From an uncultured Candidatus Sumerlaeota bacterium (GTDB lineage: Bacteria > CAYMEV01), in NCBI GenBank assembly GCA_964389675.1, contig CAYMEV010000002.1, positions 1 through 64,000 on the forward strand: DNA of 64,000 bases, in the 5' to 3' direction. Position numbers and translations under genes: made by a program. This document shows positions 36,247 through 47,481 of the stretch, piece after piece. Position 1 is the first letter of the stretch. Each line of letters begins with the position of its first letter. The notes beneath the pieces were generated by a model. The model did not search any database, was not told where the DNA came from, and was given only the letters and a program-made list of their open reading frames with translations.

Positions 36247-39200
36247 ATGCCTATGTCACGGCTGGTACCTGATTTTATAGCTAAATGCGTTAAAGAAGGC
36301 AGATATGCAGGCAGTATCCTGGCATACTCAATGTTTGTTGATATCTCCGGGTTTACAGATATTACACAAAAGCTGATGAAGAATGGGAAAGAGGGTGCTG
36401 AAGTCCTCTGCAGTATCATAAACAGGCTTTTTGAACCGTCTATAAAAGCTGTCCATAAAAATGGAGGATTTATAAGCTCATTCGCCGGTGATGCCTTTAC
36501 AGCTGTTTTTGCCTGTGAAAGCGCTAATGCCGCGTACCTGTCCGCAAAAAGAATAATGGGGATTTTTCAGAAAAATGGCCGGGTCAGAACCAGATATGGA
36601 ATTTTCAGCCTTGAGGTAAAAATCGGATTATCCTTTGGGGAAACAAGATACAGGATACTGAGTACTGAAAATCAAAAACTGTATTATTTTTATGGTGATG
36701 CAATTGACGGTTGTGCTTCATCGGAACATAAAGCAGGAAGAATGAAGGCTGTTGGTGATTATCCTTTTATAAAAGGTTTAGATGGTATTTCAGGGTACAT
36801 AGAAATATCAGATGAATATTTTCAATTTGAATTTTCTGATTCAGAGATCAGGGACAAAACCAGCAGGCCGCTGCCTGAAACAGAGAATATGGAAAAGGAA
36901 TTTTTACCGGAGGCTGTCCTTAAGCTTATTGATAAAGGGGAATTCAGGGATATAATATCCTGCTTCATAGGGTTTTCTGAATCAGGTGAATATGAAAAAG
37001 GGATCATAAAGATAGCTGAAGACTGCCACAGGTATGGGGGATATCTTAATAGAGTAGATTTCGGAGACAAAGGAGGGGTTATCCTGGTACTCTTCGGAGC
37101 TCCTCTGGCGAAGGATAAGCTCTATCAGCGTGCAATGGGTTTTCTTCTGGCTGTAAGCAGGATGCAGGGTTTTATTTCCCGGATTGGGGTAGCATCAGGA
37201 ACTGCTTTTGCTGGATTTATTGGAAGTGATGAGAGGGCTGAATATTCTGCCCTGGGCAGTATTGTAAATCTATCTGCAAGGCTTATGATGAAGGCTGAAT
37301 GGGGAAAGATACTCATAAGCTCCAGCCTGAAGGAACAGATAAAAGATCATTACTTTACGGAAAAATCAATTACATATAAATTAAAAGGCTTCAAGGAAAA
37401 AAGGGATGCATATGTTTTGGGTGGGGAAATAAATAAAACAGGGTTTTTGGATTTTACAGGCAGCTTTGTAGGCAGGGAGAATGAGGGACAAATCCTGAGG
37501 AACTGCCTGATGCCAGTATTTAAGAATAGGTTTGCCGGCATAATATATATTGAGGGTCCAGCAGGAATCGGCAAAACAAGGTTCCTGCATAATTTCCTGC
37601 AGAATGAAATTGCTTCAAAAGCATCGATATTTATGCTTCCCTGTGATAATATTCTGAAAAAGCCGTTTTACCCTTTTTCACATTATTTCAAAGCCTTTTT
37701 TAATCAGGATATTAATGCATCCAATGATGATAATATCAGAAGATTTATTAAAGCATACAGATCATTTGCAGACAGCATGGATAGATCTGATGTCAGGGAT
37801 GAATTTCTTCATTATGAATACATATTCAGGGTTTTAGCAGGCCTGGAGACAGGTAATCCATTGTATGAACAGCTTGATGCAAAACAGCGCTATGAGAATA
37901 CAGTTTATGCAGTTAAGCAGTTTTTCAAGTATCAGAGCAGTATAAGGCCTGTCGTTCTCGTTTTTGAGGATGGACACAATATTGATGGAGACAGCCTTAA
38001 TATAATGAAGAGTCTTGTAATGAATATACAGGATTATCCGATTGCAATTATTGCAAACTGCAGAACAAGGGATGACGGGACATCGGTCCGTTTTTTCAGA
38101 GAGGATTCTGAAGGCCTGGTGCAGACAGCTATAACTGTTGAAAGCTTTAATGAAATTATGATGGAAAAATATCTTAAGGATATATTAAAAACTGAATCCA
38201 TACCGGAGCATACAAGAAAATTCATCGGTGAAAAATCTTCAGGGAACCCCTTTATCATTGAACAGTTTGCACATTACCTTCAGGAGAACAGGTTTCTGGA
38301 TAAAAGCTGCAACCTGAAGGTAAAACCTGAATCAATACCCTCAAGGGTCAGTCACATTATAACTGCAAGGATTGACAGGCTGTCTTCAGTATTAAGAGAG
38401 GTAATCAGGAATGCTTCCGTCCTCGGAAAGGAATTTGCAGTTAATGTATTAGGCAGGATGCTTTTCCGGAATCAGGAAGTGTATGAAGAGAAACTGCCTG
38501 GATTACTTGAGAGAGGGGCCAGTGAGCAGATCTGGCAGAGGATATCTGAACTGGAATATATCTTTAAGCATTCCATAATCAGAGATACTGTTTACGAATC
38601 TATTCTCAAAGACAGCATCCGCAAACTGCATAAGCTTGCAGGTGAGGTGATTGAAGAGATTTATGAGCACAATCTCACGGAGCGTTATGATGAGCTTGCT
38701 GAGCATTTTGAAAAGGGCAAATTATACAAAAAGGCTGTCTCATATATGGAGAAGGCAGGAGAACATGCAATTGCAGAATATAAAAATGAAAGAGCTCTTT
38801 ACTTTTATGATAAAATTCTAAGAAGCAGGCATGCAGATAAAGAAATGATATCGCGTAATCTTAACAGGAAAGGCCTAGTATTGGAAATTATCGGAAAATG
38901 GCAGGAGGCAGAAAAGTCATTCAGGAGAGCTCTGTACATATCTGAAAAACAAGGGCTTACGAAACTGCAGGCAACTTCCCTTAATAATCTTGCAAGTTTA
39001 ATTGTGCAAAAGGGAAAATATTCTGAAGCAAACAGGATGATTGAAATAGCTATAAATATTGCTGAAGAATTTAGATATGATGATTGTCTTATGTTATCAC
39101 TTGGTCATATGGGCGGTATCCACTTTTATCAGGGAAGGAATATGAAAGCCCTGGAATGTTGTAAAAGGCAGCTTGATATTGCCTTAAAGAATGATGATAA

Positions 39201-40335
39201 AAATAATATATGCAGAGCTTATGGAAATATGGGGCACATTTTTGCCAAAAGCGGAGATTATTCAAAAGCTGCAGAATATCATGAAAAGGAGCTAAAAATT
39301 GCAAGGTCTCTGACCATTAAATCAAAATTGCTGCAGGCCATGAAAAGCCTGGGCATTATAAGCATGAAGACAGGAAATTATGACAAAGCAGAAAAATATT
39401 TTAAGAACTGCATGGACCTTGCAACTGAGTTTGGAGATATAAGCGAAATAGGAAACCTGCTTATGTTCAGAGGGACTCTATGTCGAAGGCTTGGGAAATA
39501 TAAAGAAGCAATCAAGTATTACACAAAACAGCTTCAGATCTTAACTGAAATCGGGGATAATGTTGAAATTGCCCTGGCCTATGGCAATATAGGGACTTTA
39601 AATTATTTTCAGGGGAATTATTCAGCAGCACTCAGATATTATGAAAAACAGCTTAAGATGACGGGATTTTTTGAGAACAAGACTTTTTTAATTATCAGCT
39701 ATACGAATATAGGGGCTATTTATGCCCTGCAGGGAAAATATAAGCATGCACTCAAATTTTACGGGAAAGGCATCAGGGTATCACTTGAACTGGGGGAAAT
39801 TATAAGCTACAGCGACCTGATATGCAATATCGGCGAAATTCATGCAGAGAAGGGGAGATATAGGCTGGCGCTTAAATGCTATGATAAGGCTATACAGATA
39901 TCGGTTAAAAACAGCTCCAGTTTCAGTATTTCATACTATCAGTACCATAAGGCAAAACTGTTATACAATATAGGGGATATGGAAAGCGCTGAAAGATGCA
40001 ATAATATTGCTTCGAGAATTGGCAAAGAAAATAACCTGAAAACAATTGTATATGATGCTTCCCTGCTTTCAGAAATGATTAAATTTCGCCGGGCCGAGAA
40101 CAATAAAATCAAGGAAGAATGTATAAGAAATATGAGAGGGATGATAAATGACAGCTCTGGAAGAGAGATAAGGGCAAACATCCTTTATGAAATCTTTCTA
40201 TTGAATAAGGATAATAACGATGGCAGGGAAGCTCTGAAAGCCTATAATGCACTTTACCGGAAAATACCGAGAATAGAATATAAAAGGAAAATAGGGAAAC
40301 TAAAAGAATTGGTGAAAGATATTATAGGTGCCTGA
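36247..40335 (+). CDS. sAC-like tandem cyclase + STAND NTPase + TPR, paralogue 2
   Basis: MFVDISGFT, FAGDAF, DFGDKG, YSALGSIVNLSAR, GPAGIGKT, VFEDGH and GNPF motifs; 40-aa TPR-like repeats. Confidence 0.92.
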   Translation: MPMSRLVPDFIAKCVKEGRYAGSILAYSMFVDISGFTDITQKLMKNGKEGAEVLCSIINRLFEPSIKAVHKNGGFISSFAGDAFTAVFACESANAAYLSAKRIMGIFQKNGRVRTRYGIFSLEVKIGLSFGETRYRILSTENQKLYYFYGDAIDGCASSEHKAGRMKAVGDYPFIKGLDGISGYIEISDEYFQFEFSDSEIRDKTSRPLPETENMEKEFLPEAVLKLIDKGEFRDIISCFIGFSESGEYEKGIIKIAEDCHRYGGYLNRVDFGDKGGVILVLFGAPLAKDKLYQRAMGFLLAVSRMQGFISRIGVASGTAFAGFIGSDERAEYSALGSIVNLSARLMMKAEWGKILISSSLKEQIKDHYFTEKSITYKLKGFKEKRDAYVLGGEINKTGFLDFTGSFVGRENEGQILRNCLMPVFKNRFAGIIYIEGPAGIGKTRFLHNFLQNEIASKASIFMLPCDNILKKPFYPFSHYFKAFFNQDINASNDDNIRRFIKAYRSFADSMDRSDVRDEFLHYEYIFRVLAGLETGNPLYEQLDAKQRYENTVYAVKQFFKYQSSIRPVVLVFEDGHNIDGDSLNIMKSLVMNIQDYPIAIIANCRTRDDGTSVRFFREDSEGLVQTAITVESFNEIMMEKYLKDILKTESIPEHTRKFIGEKSSGNPFIIEQFAHYLQENRFLDKSCNLKVKPESIPSRVSHIITARIDRLSSVLREVIRNASVLGKEFAVNVLGRMLFRNQEVYEEKLPGLLERGASEQIWQRISELEYIFKHSIIRDTVYESILKDSIRKLHKLAGEVIEEIYEHNLTERYDELAEHFEKGKLYKKAVSYMEKAGEHAIAEYKNERALYFYDKILRSRHADKEMISRNLNRKGLVLEIIGKWQEAEKSFRRALYISEKQGLTKLQATSLNNLASLIVQKGKYSEANRMIEIAINIAEEFRYDDCLMLSLGHMGGIHFYQGRNMKALECCKRQLDIALKNDDKNNICRAYGNMGHIFAKSGDYSKAAEYHEKELKIARSLTIKSKLLQAMKSLGIISMKTGNYDKAEKYFKNCMDLATEFGDISEIGNLLMFRGTLCRRLGKYKEAIKYYTKQLQILTEIGDNVEIALAYGNIGTLNYFQGNYSAALRYYEKQLKMTGFFENKTFLIISYTNIGAIYALQGKYKHALKFYGKGIRVSLELGEIISYSDLICNIGEIHAEKGRYRLALKCYDKAIQISVKNSSSFSISYYQYHKAKLLYNIGDMESAERCNNIASRIGKENNLKTIVYDASLLSEMIKFRRAENNKIKEECIRNMRGMINDSSGREIRANILYEIFLLNKDNNDGREALKAYNALYRKIPRIEYKRKIGKLKELVKDIIGA

Positions 40336-40404
40336 CAAAAATTATAAATTTTCTTTTGAAGATGATTTTATCTAAATTTATCATAAATATTAGGGATATT
40401 TAAT

Positions 40405-43400
40405 ATGAGTTGCCTGGTTCCTGATTATATACTGCATAATTATAAAAATAATAGATTATCCGGGAATCTTGTAGCCTATACTATGTTTATAGATATCTCA
40501 GGTTTTACTAAGATGACAGAAAGCCTTATGAAATTTGGGAAGGAAGGAGCTGAGATACTTTCAAGTGCAATAAACACTGTTTTTGCTCCATCTATAAAAT
40601 CAGTCTATGATAATGGGGGTTTTGTCTCTTCATTTGCAGGTGATGCTTTCACAGCAATATTCCAGTGCTGTAAACCTGATTACCCGCTTCATTCTGCATT
40701 CTATATCAATGATTTATTCAAAAAGCATAAATTTTCCAGGACTAAATTCGGTTGTTTCGAAATGAATGTCAAGATTGGATTGTCTTATGGAACCTTAGAA
40801 TTTCATATTGTCAATACAGAATTACAAAAAACTTATTATTTCAGAGGGTTGGCTATAGATAATTGTGCAATTTCAGAGCAAAAGGCTGATAAGATGCACA
40901 TTGTTGCGGATAGTCTGTTTATGGATAAAGTATCAATAGATATTGATAGGGAAAGAGTTGAGAATGACTGGTACAGATTATTGCAGAAACCTTTGATCCT
41001 TCTGGCTAAGAAAAAGCATATAAAGGAATCTATATCCTCAGATATTGAAAAACATTTTATTCCCAGCAATGTCATGGAACAGAAAGACGAAGGAGAATTC
41101 AGAGAAATCGTATCCTGTTTTATCAGTTTTGATGATAATAGGGAATTTAATGATTCTATAAGGCATATAATAATGGAATGCCATAAGTACGGTGGATATT
41201 TTAATCGTGTGGATTTTGGTGATAAAGGTGCTGCCATTCTAGTACTTTTCGGTGCTCCTGCAGGTTTGGAGAAATTATATGAAAGGGCTGTTGACTTTAT
41301 CATCAGCTTAAAGAGTATTAAGAATTTTTTATTCAGAGCAGGCATCACAACGGGTATTGCCTTTACGGGTTTTCTTGGTTCAGGATTAAGAAGAGAATAT
41401 ACTGCATTAGGCAATATAATCAGTCTATCTTCAAGATTGATGGTAAAAGCAGATTGGGGTCAGATACTTACAGAATCTGGTATGAAAAATAGAATAATCA
41501 CAGATTATAGGCTAAGCTTTCTTAGCTCGGAGTATTTTAAGGGTTTCAGCCAAAAAATTGAAGTATGGAGATTAGAATCAAAGATTGAGAAAAAAAAGAA
41601 GCTTATATATAATGGCAAATTCATTGGAAGAATTGATGAAACCAAAAGGCTCAAGGAATTGCTATCACCAATTTCTGAAAACAGGTTTGGCGGATTAGTA
41701 TATATAGACGGTCCTGCTGGTATTGGTAAATCAAGGTTTATTTCGCATTTTAAGGAAAATGTTGTTAATTGTGAATATAGCTTTTTACATATGTATTGTG
41801 ATGAAATTCTCAGGAAGTCTTTTAATCCTTTTGGTTCTTTTTTTAAGAATTTTTTTTCACAGTTTGAGTCTGATGATAAAGAGGTAAATAAGATCTCTTT
41901 TCTGAAAAAATACAGAGAATTAGTAGACCGGACTGAAAATACTGATATAAAAAATGAACTCATACGAACAGAATCCATTATTGGAGCTATGGTTGGTTTG
42001 GAATGGAATGGTTCTCTGTATTCAATGCTTGATGCAAAAGGAAGATATGAAAATACTGTAGCAGCTGTTAAAAATTTCATTAAAGCTTACTGTAGATCTG
42101 AAAACAGACCTCTTATTATTATAGTTGAAGATTGTCACTGGATAGATAATGACAGCATAGAGCTTATTAAAGCAATTATCAGAAATGTCGAAGATTACAG
42201 CTATGTTATTGTTGCTGTCTGCAGATTTAACGATGATGGCAGTTGCTTTAACATGTTTTCCATTAAAGAAGTTGATATACCAATAAAAAGGCTGGACCTA
42301 TCTCCCTTTAGCAGGAGTAATTTGGCTGATCTTGTTCTAGATAAACTTCAGACAGGCAAAATACCAATTGAGACAGAGAATTTTATTCTTCAGAAAAGCG
42401 GAGGTAATCCATTTTTTGCTGAGCAGATTACTCTATATCTGATGGAGAACCATAAACTGGATAAATGGTTTAATATAAAATGTAAAAATTTAGAACTTCC
42501 TTCTGGGATAACACAGATAATACTTGCAAGAATTGACCGATTATCAGGAATATTGAAGGATACAATAAAGACAGCATCTGTACTGGGAAGAGAATTTGTC
42601 CTAAGTGTACTTAAAAAGATTCTTCTATATCAAAAGATATTAGAAAATAAAAAGGATTTTGAAAGACAGATTGAAAATGGCAAAAAACAGCAGATATGGG
42701 AAGCTTTTTCAGAGATTAGCTATATATTTAAGCATTCATTAATAAGGGATGCAGTATATGATATGCAGCTTAAAAGGAATCTGCGAAACCTTCATAATAT
42801 AGCAGGAAATATTATTGAAGGATTATATAGCAATGATCTTAACAATCATTATGAGGAGCTTGCTGAACATTATAAGAGCGCTGAAAATGTTAAAAAGGCA
42901 ATATTTTATTGCCAAAAAGCGGGTGATTTAGCAAAAGAACGCTATTTTAACAGTAAAGCTATAAGCTATTATGATAATGCTTTGACTCTATTTAAAGATT
43001 TGGATAAAGATGAAATGGGCAAAGAGGCAGAATTATACAGGATTAAACAGATAGAAGTCATAAGGAGCAAAGCATCTGTCCTTGATCTTTTTGGAAAATG
43101 GGAAGATGAGGCAGAACTGGTTAAAGAGGGAATTAAATTAGCGAAAGCATTGCCAGAAGGCAGTTTTATTAAAAAGGGCAAAAAAAATGCTATTATTGGA
43201 GAATTCAAATGCTGTCTTGGCTGGATATTAACCAATCAGGGAAACTATGATAAATCATTGAAGCTTTTAACAGATTTAAAAGACAACTCAGGTATAGCAG
43301 GCGACAGGAAGGTCTATTCAACTATTACTATAAATATCGGCATAGCTTATAAAATGATAGGAGATTATGAAATGGCTATGCACTGCTATAATGAGGCAAA

Positions 43401-44400
43401 AAATATCTGCGAGGAGCTCAATGACAAGAAAGGATATTCAGCTGCTATAGGCAATATGGGGCTTATTCATTGTTCAATGGGCCATTACCATGAGGCAATG
43501 CAATGCTATGATGAACAGAAGAGAATATGCAGTAATTTCGGTGATAAGAGAGGTTACATTTCTGCTGTAGGTAATATGGGTATAGTGTATTATCATAGAG
43601 GTGAATATAATGAGGCAATGCAGTGCTATAGCGAACAGAGAGCAATCTCCAGGGAATTGGGTGATAAGAATGGATATTCAATGGCTGTAGGTAATATGGG
43701 TATATTGTATTATAATCAAGGCAATTACGATGAAGCTTTACAATGTTGCAATGAACAGAAGATTATTTGCAAGGAGCTGGGTGATATGAGAGGATATTCC
43801 ATAGCTGTCGGCAATATGGGTACTATTTATCATGATAAAGGCAATTACGGTAAGGCAATAAGCTGTTATATAGAACGCAGAACTATCTGCAGGGAATTAG
43901 GTGATAGGAATGGGTATGTTATTGCTGTGGGAAGTTTGGCAGTAACATACCAGGCCATGGGCTATTATGATAAGGCTCTCAGTTTTTTTCTAGAATCTGA
44001 AAATGATATTAAACATCTGGACAGGTATAATGCTCCATTTCTTATATATCATGAAGCAAAGTTGTTTTTAAGATTATCAAACAAAAAGAAGGCAAAAGAA
44101 TTATTTAAAGAGGCTTTAAAGCTTGCATCAGGTATTGGAAGAAAAGATATTATTTTTAAAAGTAAAGTAATGATACATGCTGTTGCTAAAAGCACATATG
44201 AATTAGAGAATATGCTTAATGATGAAAGCCTGGAAGATGAACAGACTGCAAAGCTCAATTATGAATTATGGAAATTGACTAATAATATAAAATTCCGATT
44301 GAAAGCCCGGGAAATATATAAAAAACTCTTTGAAAAAGCACCTAAACAAGAATATAAGAAAAGAATTGTCCAATTAAATTTAAAAAATCATGAAGACTAA
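40405..44400 (+). CDS. sAC-like tandem cyclase + STAND NTPase + TPR, paralogue 3
   Basis: MFIDISGFT, FAGDAF, DFGDKG, YTALGNIISLSSR, GPAGIGKS, IVEDCH and GNPF motifs; highly regular 40-aa repeats. Confidence 0.92.
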   Translation: MSCLVPDYILHNYKNNRLSGNLVAYTMFIDISGFTKMTESLMKFGKEGAEILSSAINTVFAPSIKSVYDNGGFVSSFAGDAFTAIFQCCKPDYPLHSAFYINDLFKKHKFSRTKFGCFEMNVKIGLSYGTLEFHIVNTELQKTYYFRGLAIDNCAISEQKADKMHIVADSLFMDKVSIDIDRERVENDWYRLLQKPLILLAKKKHIKESISSDIEKHFIPSNVMEQKDEGEFREIVSCFISFDDNREFNDSIRHIIMECHKYGGYFNRVDFGDKGAAILVLFGAPAGLEKLYERAVDFIISLKSIKNFLFRAGITTGIAFTGFLGSGLRREYTALGNIISLSSRLMVKADWGQILTESGMKNRIITDYRLSFLSSEYFKGFSQKIEVWRLESKIEKKKKLIYNGKFIGRIDETKRLKELLSPISENRFGGLVYIDGPAGIGKSRFISHFKENVVNCEYSFLHMYCDEILRKSFNPFGSFFKNFFSQFESDDKEVNKISFLKKYRELVDRTENTDIKNELIRTESIIGAMVGLEWNGSLYSMLDAKGRYENTVAAVKNFIKAYCRSENRPLIIIVEDCHWIDNDSIELIKAIIRNVEDYSYVIVAVCRFNDDGSCFNMFSIKEVDIPIKRLDLSPFSRSNLADLVLDKLQTGKIPIETENFILQKSGGNPFFAEQITLYLMENHKLDKWFNIKCKNLELPSGITQIILARIDRLSGILKDTIKTASVLGREFVLSVLKKILLYQKILENKKDFERQIENGKKQQIWEAFSEISYIFKHSLIRDAVYDMQLKRNLRNLHNIAGNIIEGLYSNDLNNHYEELAEHYKSAENVKKAIFYCQKAGDLAKERYFNSKAISYYDNALTLFKDLDKDEMGKEAELYRIKQIEVIRSKASVLDLFGKWEDEAELVKEGIKLAKALPEGSFIKKGKKNAIIGEFKCCLGWILTNQGNYDKSLKLLTDLKDNSGIAGDRKVYSTITINIGIAYKMIGDYEMAMHCYNEAKNICEELNDKKGYSAAIGNMGLIHCSMGHYHEAMQCYDEQKRICSNFGDKRGYISAVGNMGIVYYHRGEYNEAMQCYSEQRAISRELGDKNGYSMAVGNMGILYYNQGNYDEALQCCNEQKIICKELGDMRGYSIAVGNMGTIYHDKGNYGKAISCYIERRTICRELGDRNGYVIAVGSLAVTYQAMGYYDKALSFFLESENDIKHLDRYNAPFLIYHEAKLFLRLSNKKKAKELFKEALKLASGIGRKDIIFKSKVMIHAVAKSTYELENMLNDESLEDEQTAKLNYELWKLTNNIKFRLKAREIYKKLFEKAPKQEYKKRIVQLNLKNHED
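43300..44019 (+). repeat. Intragenic 120-bp tandem repeats (about 6 TPR units)
   Basis: GD/ND codons recur at 43300, 43420, 43540, 43660, 43780 and 43900, with shared (GG)YAATATGGG blocks in the central units. Confidence 0.88.
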
Positions 44401-44453
44401 GATACTAAATTGAATGGAACAGAATAATCCAGCATAAAAATTGAGGGAGAAGC

Positions 44454-45233
44454 ATGTTGATTTCAAGAGAAGATTTAGCTGTTAAGCTTAAAGAATTTTT
44501 CTACAGTAAAAAAGATGTCATAGCAGTATGGGAATCAGGTTCAGCTGCAACAGGGTACCTGGATGAGTATTCAGATATGGATATAGCGGTTATATGCGAG
44601 GATAATGCTGTTGAACAGCTTTTCAGGGAACTTGATGGATTCCTGGAGGAAAATTTTGGGATTGAAAGAAGGTTTCGAATCCCTGAACCTGCATGGCATT
44701 GTTTTTCCCAGTGTTTTTACAAGATAGGGGATACACCTGAGCTGTTTTACCTGGATATTGCTCTAATAAAAAGGTCCATTCCTGATAAATTTACTGATAT
44801 AGACAGACATGGCAAAGCTGTCCTTTGGTTTGAGAAAGAAAAGATGCTTGACCCAGAGCCAACGGATAAGAATGAAATAAGAAAGAGGGCTCAAAGATTA
44901 TACTGGATGGCTACTGAAGCGGATTTTATTACGGTTGCTGAGCTTAAAAAGGCAATTATGAGGGGGATCTATACAGAATCATTTATGAATTATTATCAGC
45001 TTATCAGGAATCTTGCAGTGCTTTTAAACCTTAAATACCGTACTGCAAAGGCCGATTTCGGCCTGAGGTATGCATTCAGGGATTATCCGGCTGAAGAGTA
45101 TGAATTTATTGAAAATGCGCTCAAAGTATCATCACTTAATGATATACAGAATAAACTGGATTCCGTTATGGATAAATTCACTTTACTCAAAAAACAGATG
45201 GGAGAGGAGCTTTCACAGGAGAAGAAACCCTAA
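44454..45233 (+). CDS. Pol-beta-like nucleotidyltransferase (aminoglycoside/lincosamide NTase-like)
   Basis: SGSAATGYLDEYSDMDI (GS...DxD) plus a helical C-terminus. Confidence 0.78.
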   Translation: MLISREDLAVKLKEFFYSKKDVIAVWESGSAATGYLDEYSDMDIAVICEDNAVEQLFRELDGFLEENFGIERRFRIPEPAWHCFSQCFYKIGDTPELFYLDIALIKRSIPDKFTDIDRHGKAVLWFEKEKMLDPEPTDKNEIRKRAQRLYWMATEADFITVAELKKAIMRGIYTESFMNYYQLIRNLAVLLNLKYRTAKADFGLRYAFRDYPAEEYEFIENALKVSSLNDIQNKLDSVMDKFTLLKKQMGEELSQEKKP

Positions 45234-45303
45234 AATGGATTGCTCTCCTGATATTCGATAGAATATGATCTCAGGACCTATAAATGATTATATAGCATAA
45301 TAA

Positions 45304-46512
45304 TCAGTCCTGTGATGGTATTATCTTCAGGGTTGTATAATCAAGAACTGCATTATTTCTTATGATTGTATCAATAAAGCATGCAAGCTTTTCATTCCCG
45401 GTTATCTCGGACAGACTGACGTTTTTCAAAATTTGCGACAACTGGCCGGTAATGGCGAAATGCCCCTGTGAATTATCTTTCAGCCTTTTTCTTCGCAATT
45501 TCGTGCGGTTTTCTTTAAGCCACTCCTCATATTTTTTAAAAGCCTTTTTAAGTGCTGAAATATCAACACCTTTATTATAATAAAGCTCCTGCATATGTGT
45601 GAGGAGAACATGGATGCTGTCAGGCAGGCTTAAGAGCCTCTTATGGATACTGTGCGGTATCAGGGAAGGCATCCTTATATCCCTGAGGGTATCCTGCCAG
45701 GTTCTGTAGAGGGGTTTTATATAGCTTTTAAGGGGCATGCCTGAAGGCTTGTTTTCTTTATAGATATTGCTGTAAAAACGAATCATGTCCGCCTTGCCAT
45801 ACTCACTAAGCTTTTCAAAAAACAGTTCTTTCTGCCTTCCTGGCCTGAGCGTAAGCCCTCCTGGAACTATAAAATCTGCACCTGCTTCCTTTAATTGCAG
45901 AAACAGGTACCTTACCTGATCAGGCTGATCAGTCAGGTACGGGCAAAGCGGCATAGCCATTACACCGGTATGAAAACCCTGTTCTTTTGCTTTCTTTATT
46001 GCATGGATGCGATCTTCAGGACTGCTTGCCAGCGGTTCAAGCAGGTTCTTTGCTTTATCATCCAGTGTTGTAATGGTAAATATCAGCAAAACTTCGGGAA
46101 ATTGACTGATTATATCAAAATCGCGGAGTATAAGATCGCTTTTGGTGAGTATTACAAGGGGTAATCCTGTCGGGAGGAGTATTTCCAGAATTTTCCGTGT
46201 AAGCTTAAGTTCATTCTCCATGGGCTGATAGATATCTGTAACCCCAGACCCTATATTTATCGATCCGTATTCTCTATCTGTAAAACCGCTTGAGACCTGC
46301 TTTTCAAGTATTTCCGGAAGATTTTTCCTTATGCATATATCAGTATCAAAATTGCCTTCCACATAATATTTTTCAGCGCGCCCGTCGCAGTATAAACATC
46401 CATGAGAACATCCCCTGTATGGGGCAAGGCACCCGTACAGGCTTGCCATGAATGCTTCAGGGATCCTGTGCCTGCTTATGCCTGATTTTGCCTCTATGAA
46501 AGATCCATCCAT
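45304..46512 (-). CDS. Radical SAM protein, SplB/Rv2578c-like family
   Basis: PYRGCSHGCLYC, TDIYQP.E, ILTKS.LI.RD and LEP motifs. Confidence 0.85.
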   Translation of the reverse strand: MDGSFIEAKSGISRHRIPEAFMASLYGCLAPYRGCSHGCLYCDGRAEKYYVEGNFDTDICIRKNLPEILEKQVSSGFTDREYGSINIGSGVTDIYQPMENELKLTRKILEILLPTGLPLVILTKSDLILRDFDIISQFPEVLLIFTITTLDDKAKNLLEPLASSPEDRIHAIKKAKEQGFHTGVMAMPLCPYLTDQPDQVRYLFLQLKEAGADFIVPGGLTLRPGRQKELFFEKLSEYGKADMIRFYSNIYKENKPSGMPLKSYIKPLYRTWQDTLRDIRMPSLIPHSIHKRLLSLPDSIHVLLTHMQELYYNKGVDISALKKAFKKYEEWLKENRTKLRRKRLKDNSQGHFAITGQLSQILKNVSLSEITGNEKLACFIDTIIRNNAVLDYTTLKIIPSQD

Positions 46513-46564
46513 TTATTACTGTATTTCCTGCTTATCCTTATCTTATATAAGGTTATTTCAGTTT

Positions 46565-47362
46565 TCAGGCTTTCTTCTTCAGCCTTTTTCCGGCAGTAAA
46601 AGAGGCTATAATGATAAAGGAGATTAATGAAATTATTAAGGAAACTACTATCGGTATGTATCTGCCCGCGTAAAAAATGGGGGAAAGATGCTTAAAAAGT
46701 ATAGCCGAATACGCCCAAAGGGGTACAAGCCCATAAGCTATATCTCTGTTTTTAACTGTAAAAAATCCGGTAAGCAACACTCCTGCAAAAATGAAAAGGA
46801 TTGTAAGTACTATTTGGTATTTATTATCCGGCCCCAATCCAATGCTTACCAGGAATACCATGGTATTAGCCAGTGCAGCTACAGAAATCCATCCAAAATA
46901 GATGCTGAAAGGAAGCCTTATGAAAAAGTATTCCCTGAGGGCCAGCCCTGAACTGCTTATCTTTTCACAAATCCTCATAAGGCAGAAGAAGATAACTCCC
47001 ATTAGAATCAAAGATAAAGGTATTATCAGGTAATGCCATGCAAAGATCCATAACCCGTTTGCCAGGGAGGAGATTATGAAATATTTCCGGATTGCCGGAA
47101 GCATATCAGGGGGTATATTCTTTTCAGGTTTCCAAGCTATCCCTGACTGAAAGATGACAAAAAACAGAAGGAGAAGATAAATAAGCCCCCAGATGGAAAA
47201 GGCAAAGCCGGCAGGCGTGAAAAGGCTGGGATATTTTTCAGATATATCTCCTGTGGTGAGGTTATTGATCGGGAGTGCATTTGCGAGGATATTGACAATG
47301 ATCATGAAGATATATGCTATAACAGATGAAATAATAATTGCTGTTTTAATTGTTTTTTTCAT
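46565..47362 (-). CDS. TspO-related tryptophan-rich membrane protein
   Basis: FTPAGFAFSIWGLIY, NGLWIFAWH and SIYFGWISVA motifs. Confidence 0.75.
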   Translation of the reverse strand: MKKTIKTAIIISSVIAYIFMIIVNILANALPINNLTTGDISEKYPSLFTPAGFAFSIWGLIYLLLLFFVIFQSGIAWKPEKNIPPDMLPAIRKYFIISSLANGLWIFAWHYLIIPLSLILMGVIFFCLMRICEKISSSGLALREYFFIRLPFSIYFGWISVAALANTMVFLVSIGLGPDNKYQIVLTILFIFAGVLLTGFFTVKNRDIAYGLVPLWAYSAILFKHLSPIFYAGRYIPIVVSLIISLISFIIIASFTAGKRLKKKA

Positions 47363-47481
47363 TATGTGCCCATAAAATATTATTATATAGAATTCAGATA
47401 AACTTTAATATATTTAAATCCTGTAGTCAATATTTTCTCAGTGCATCAGCAGGCCAAATTTTCTATTTATATTCCATATTA

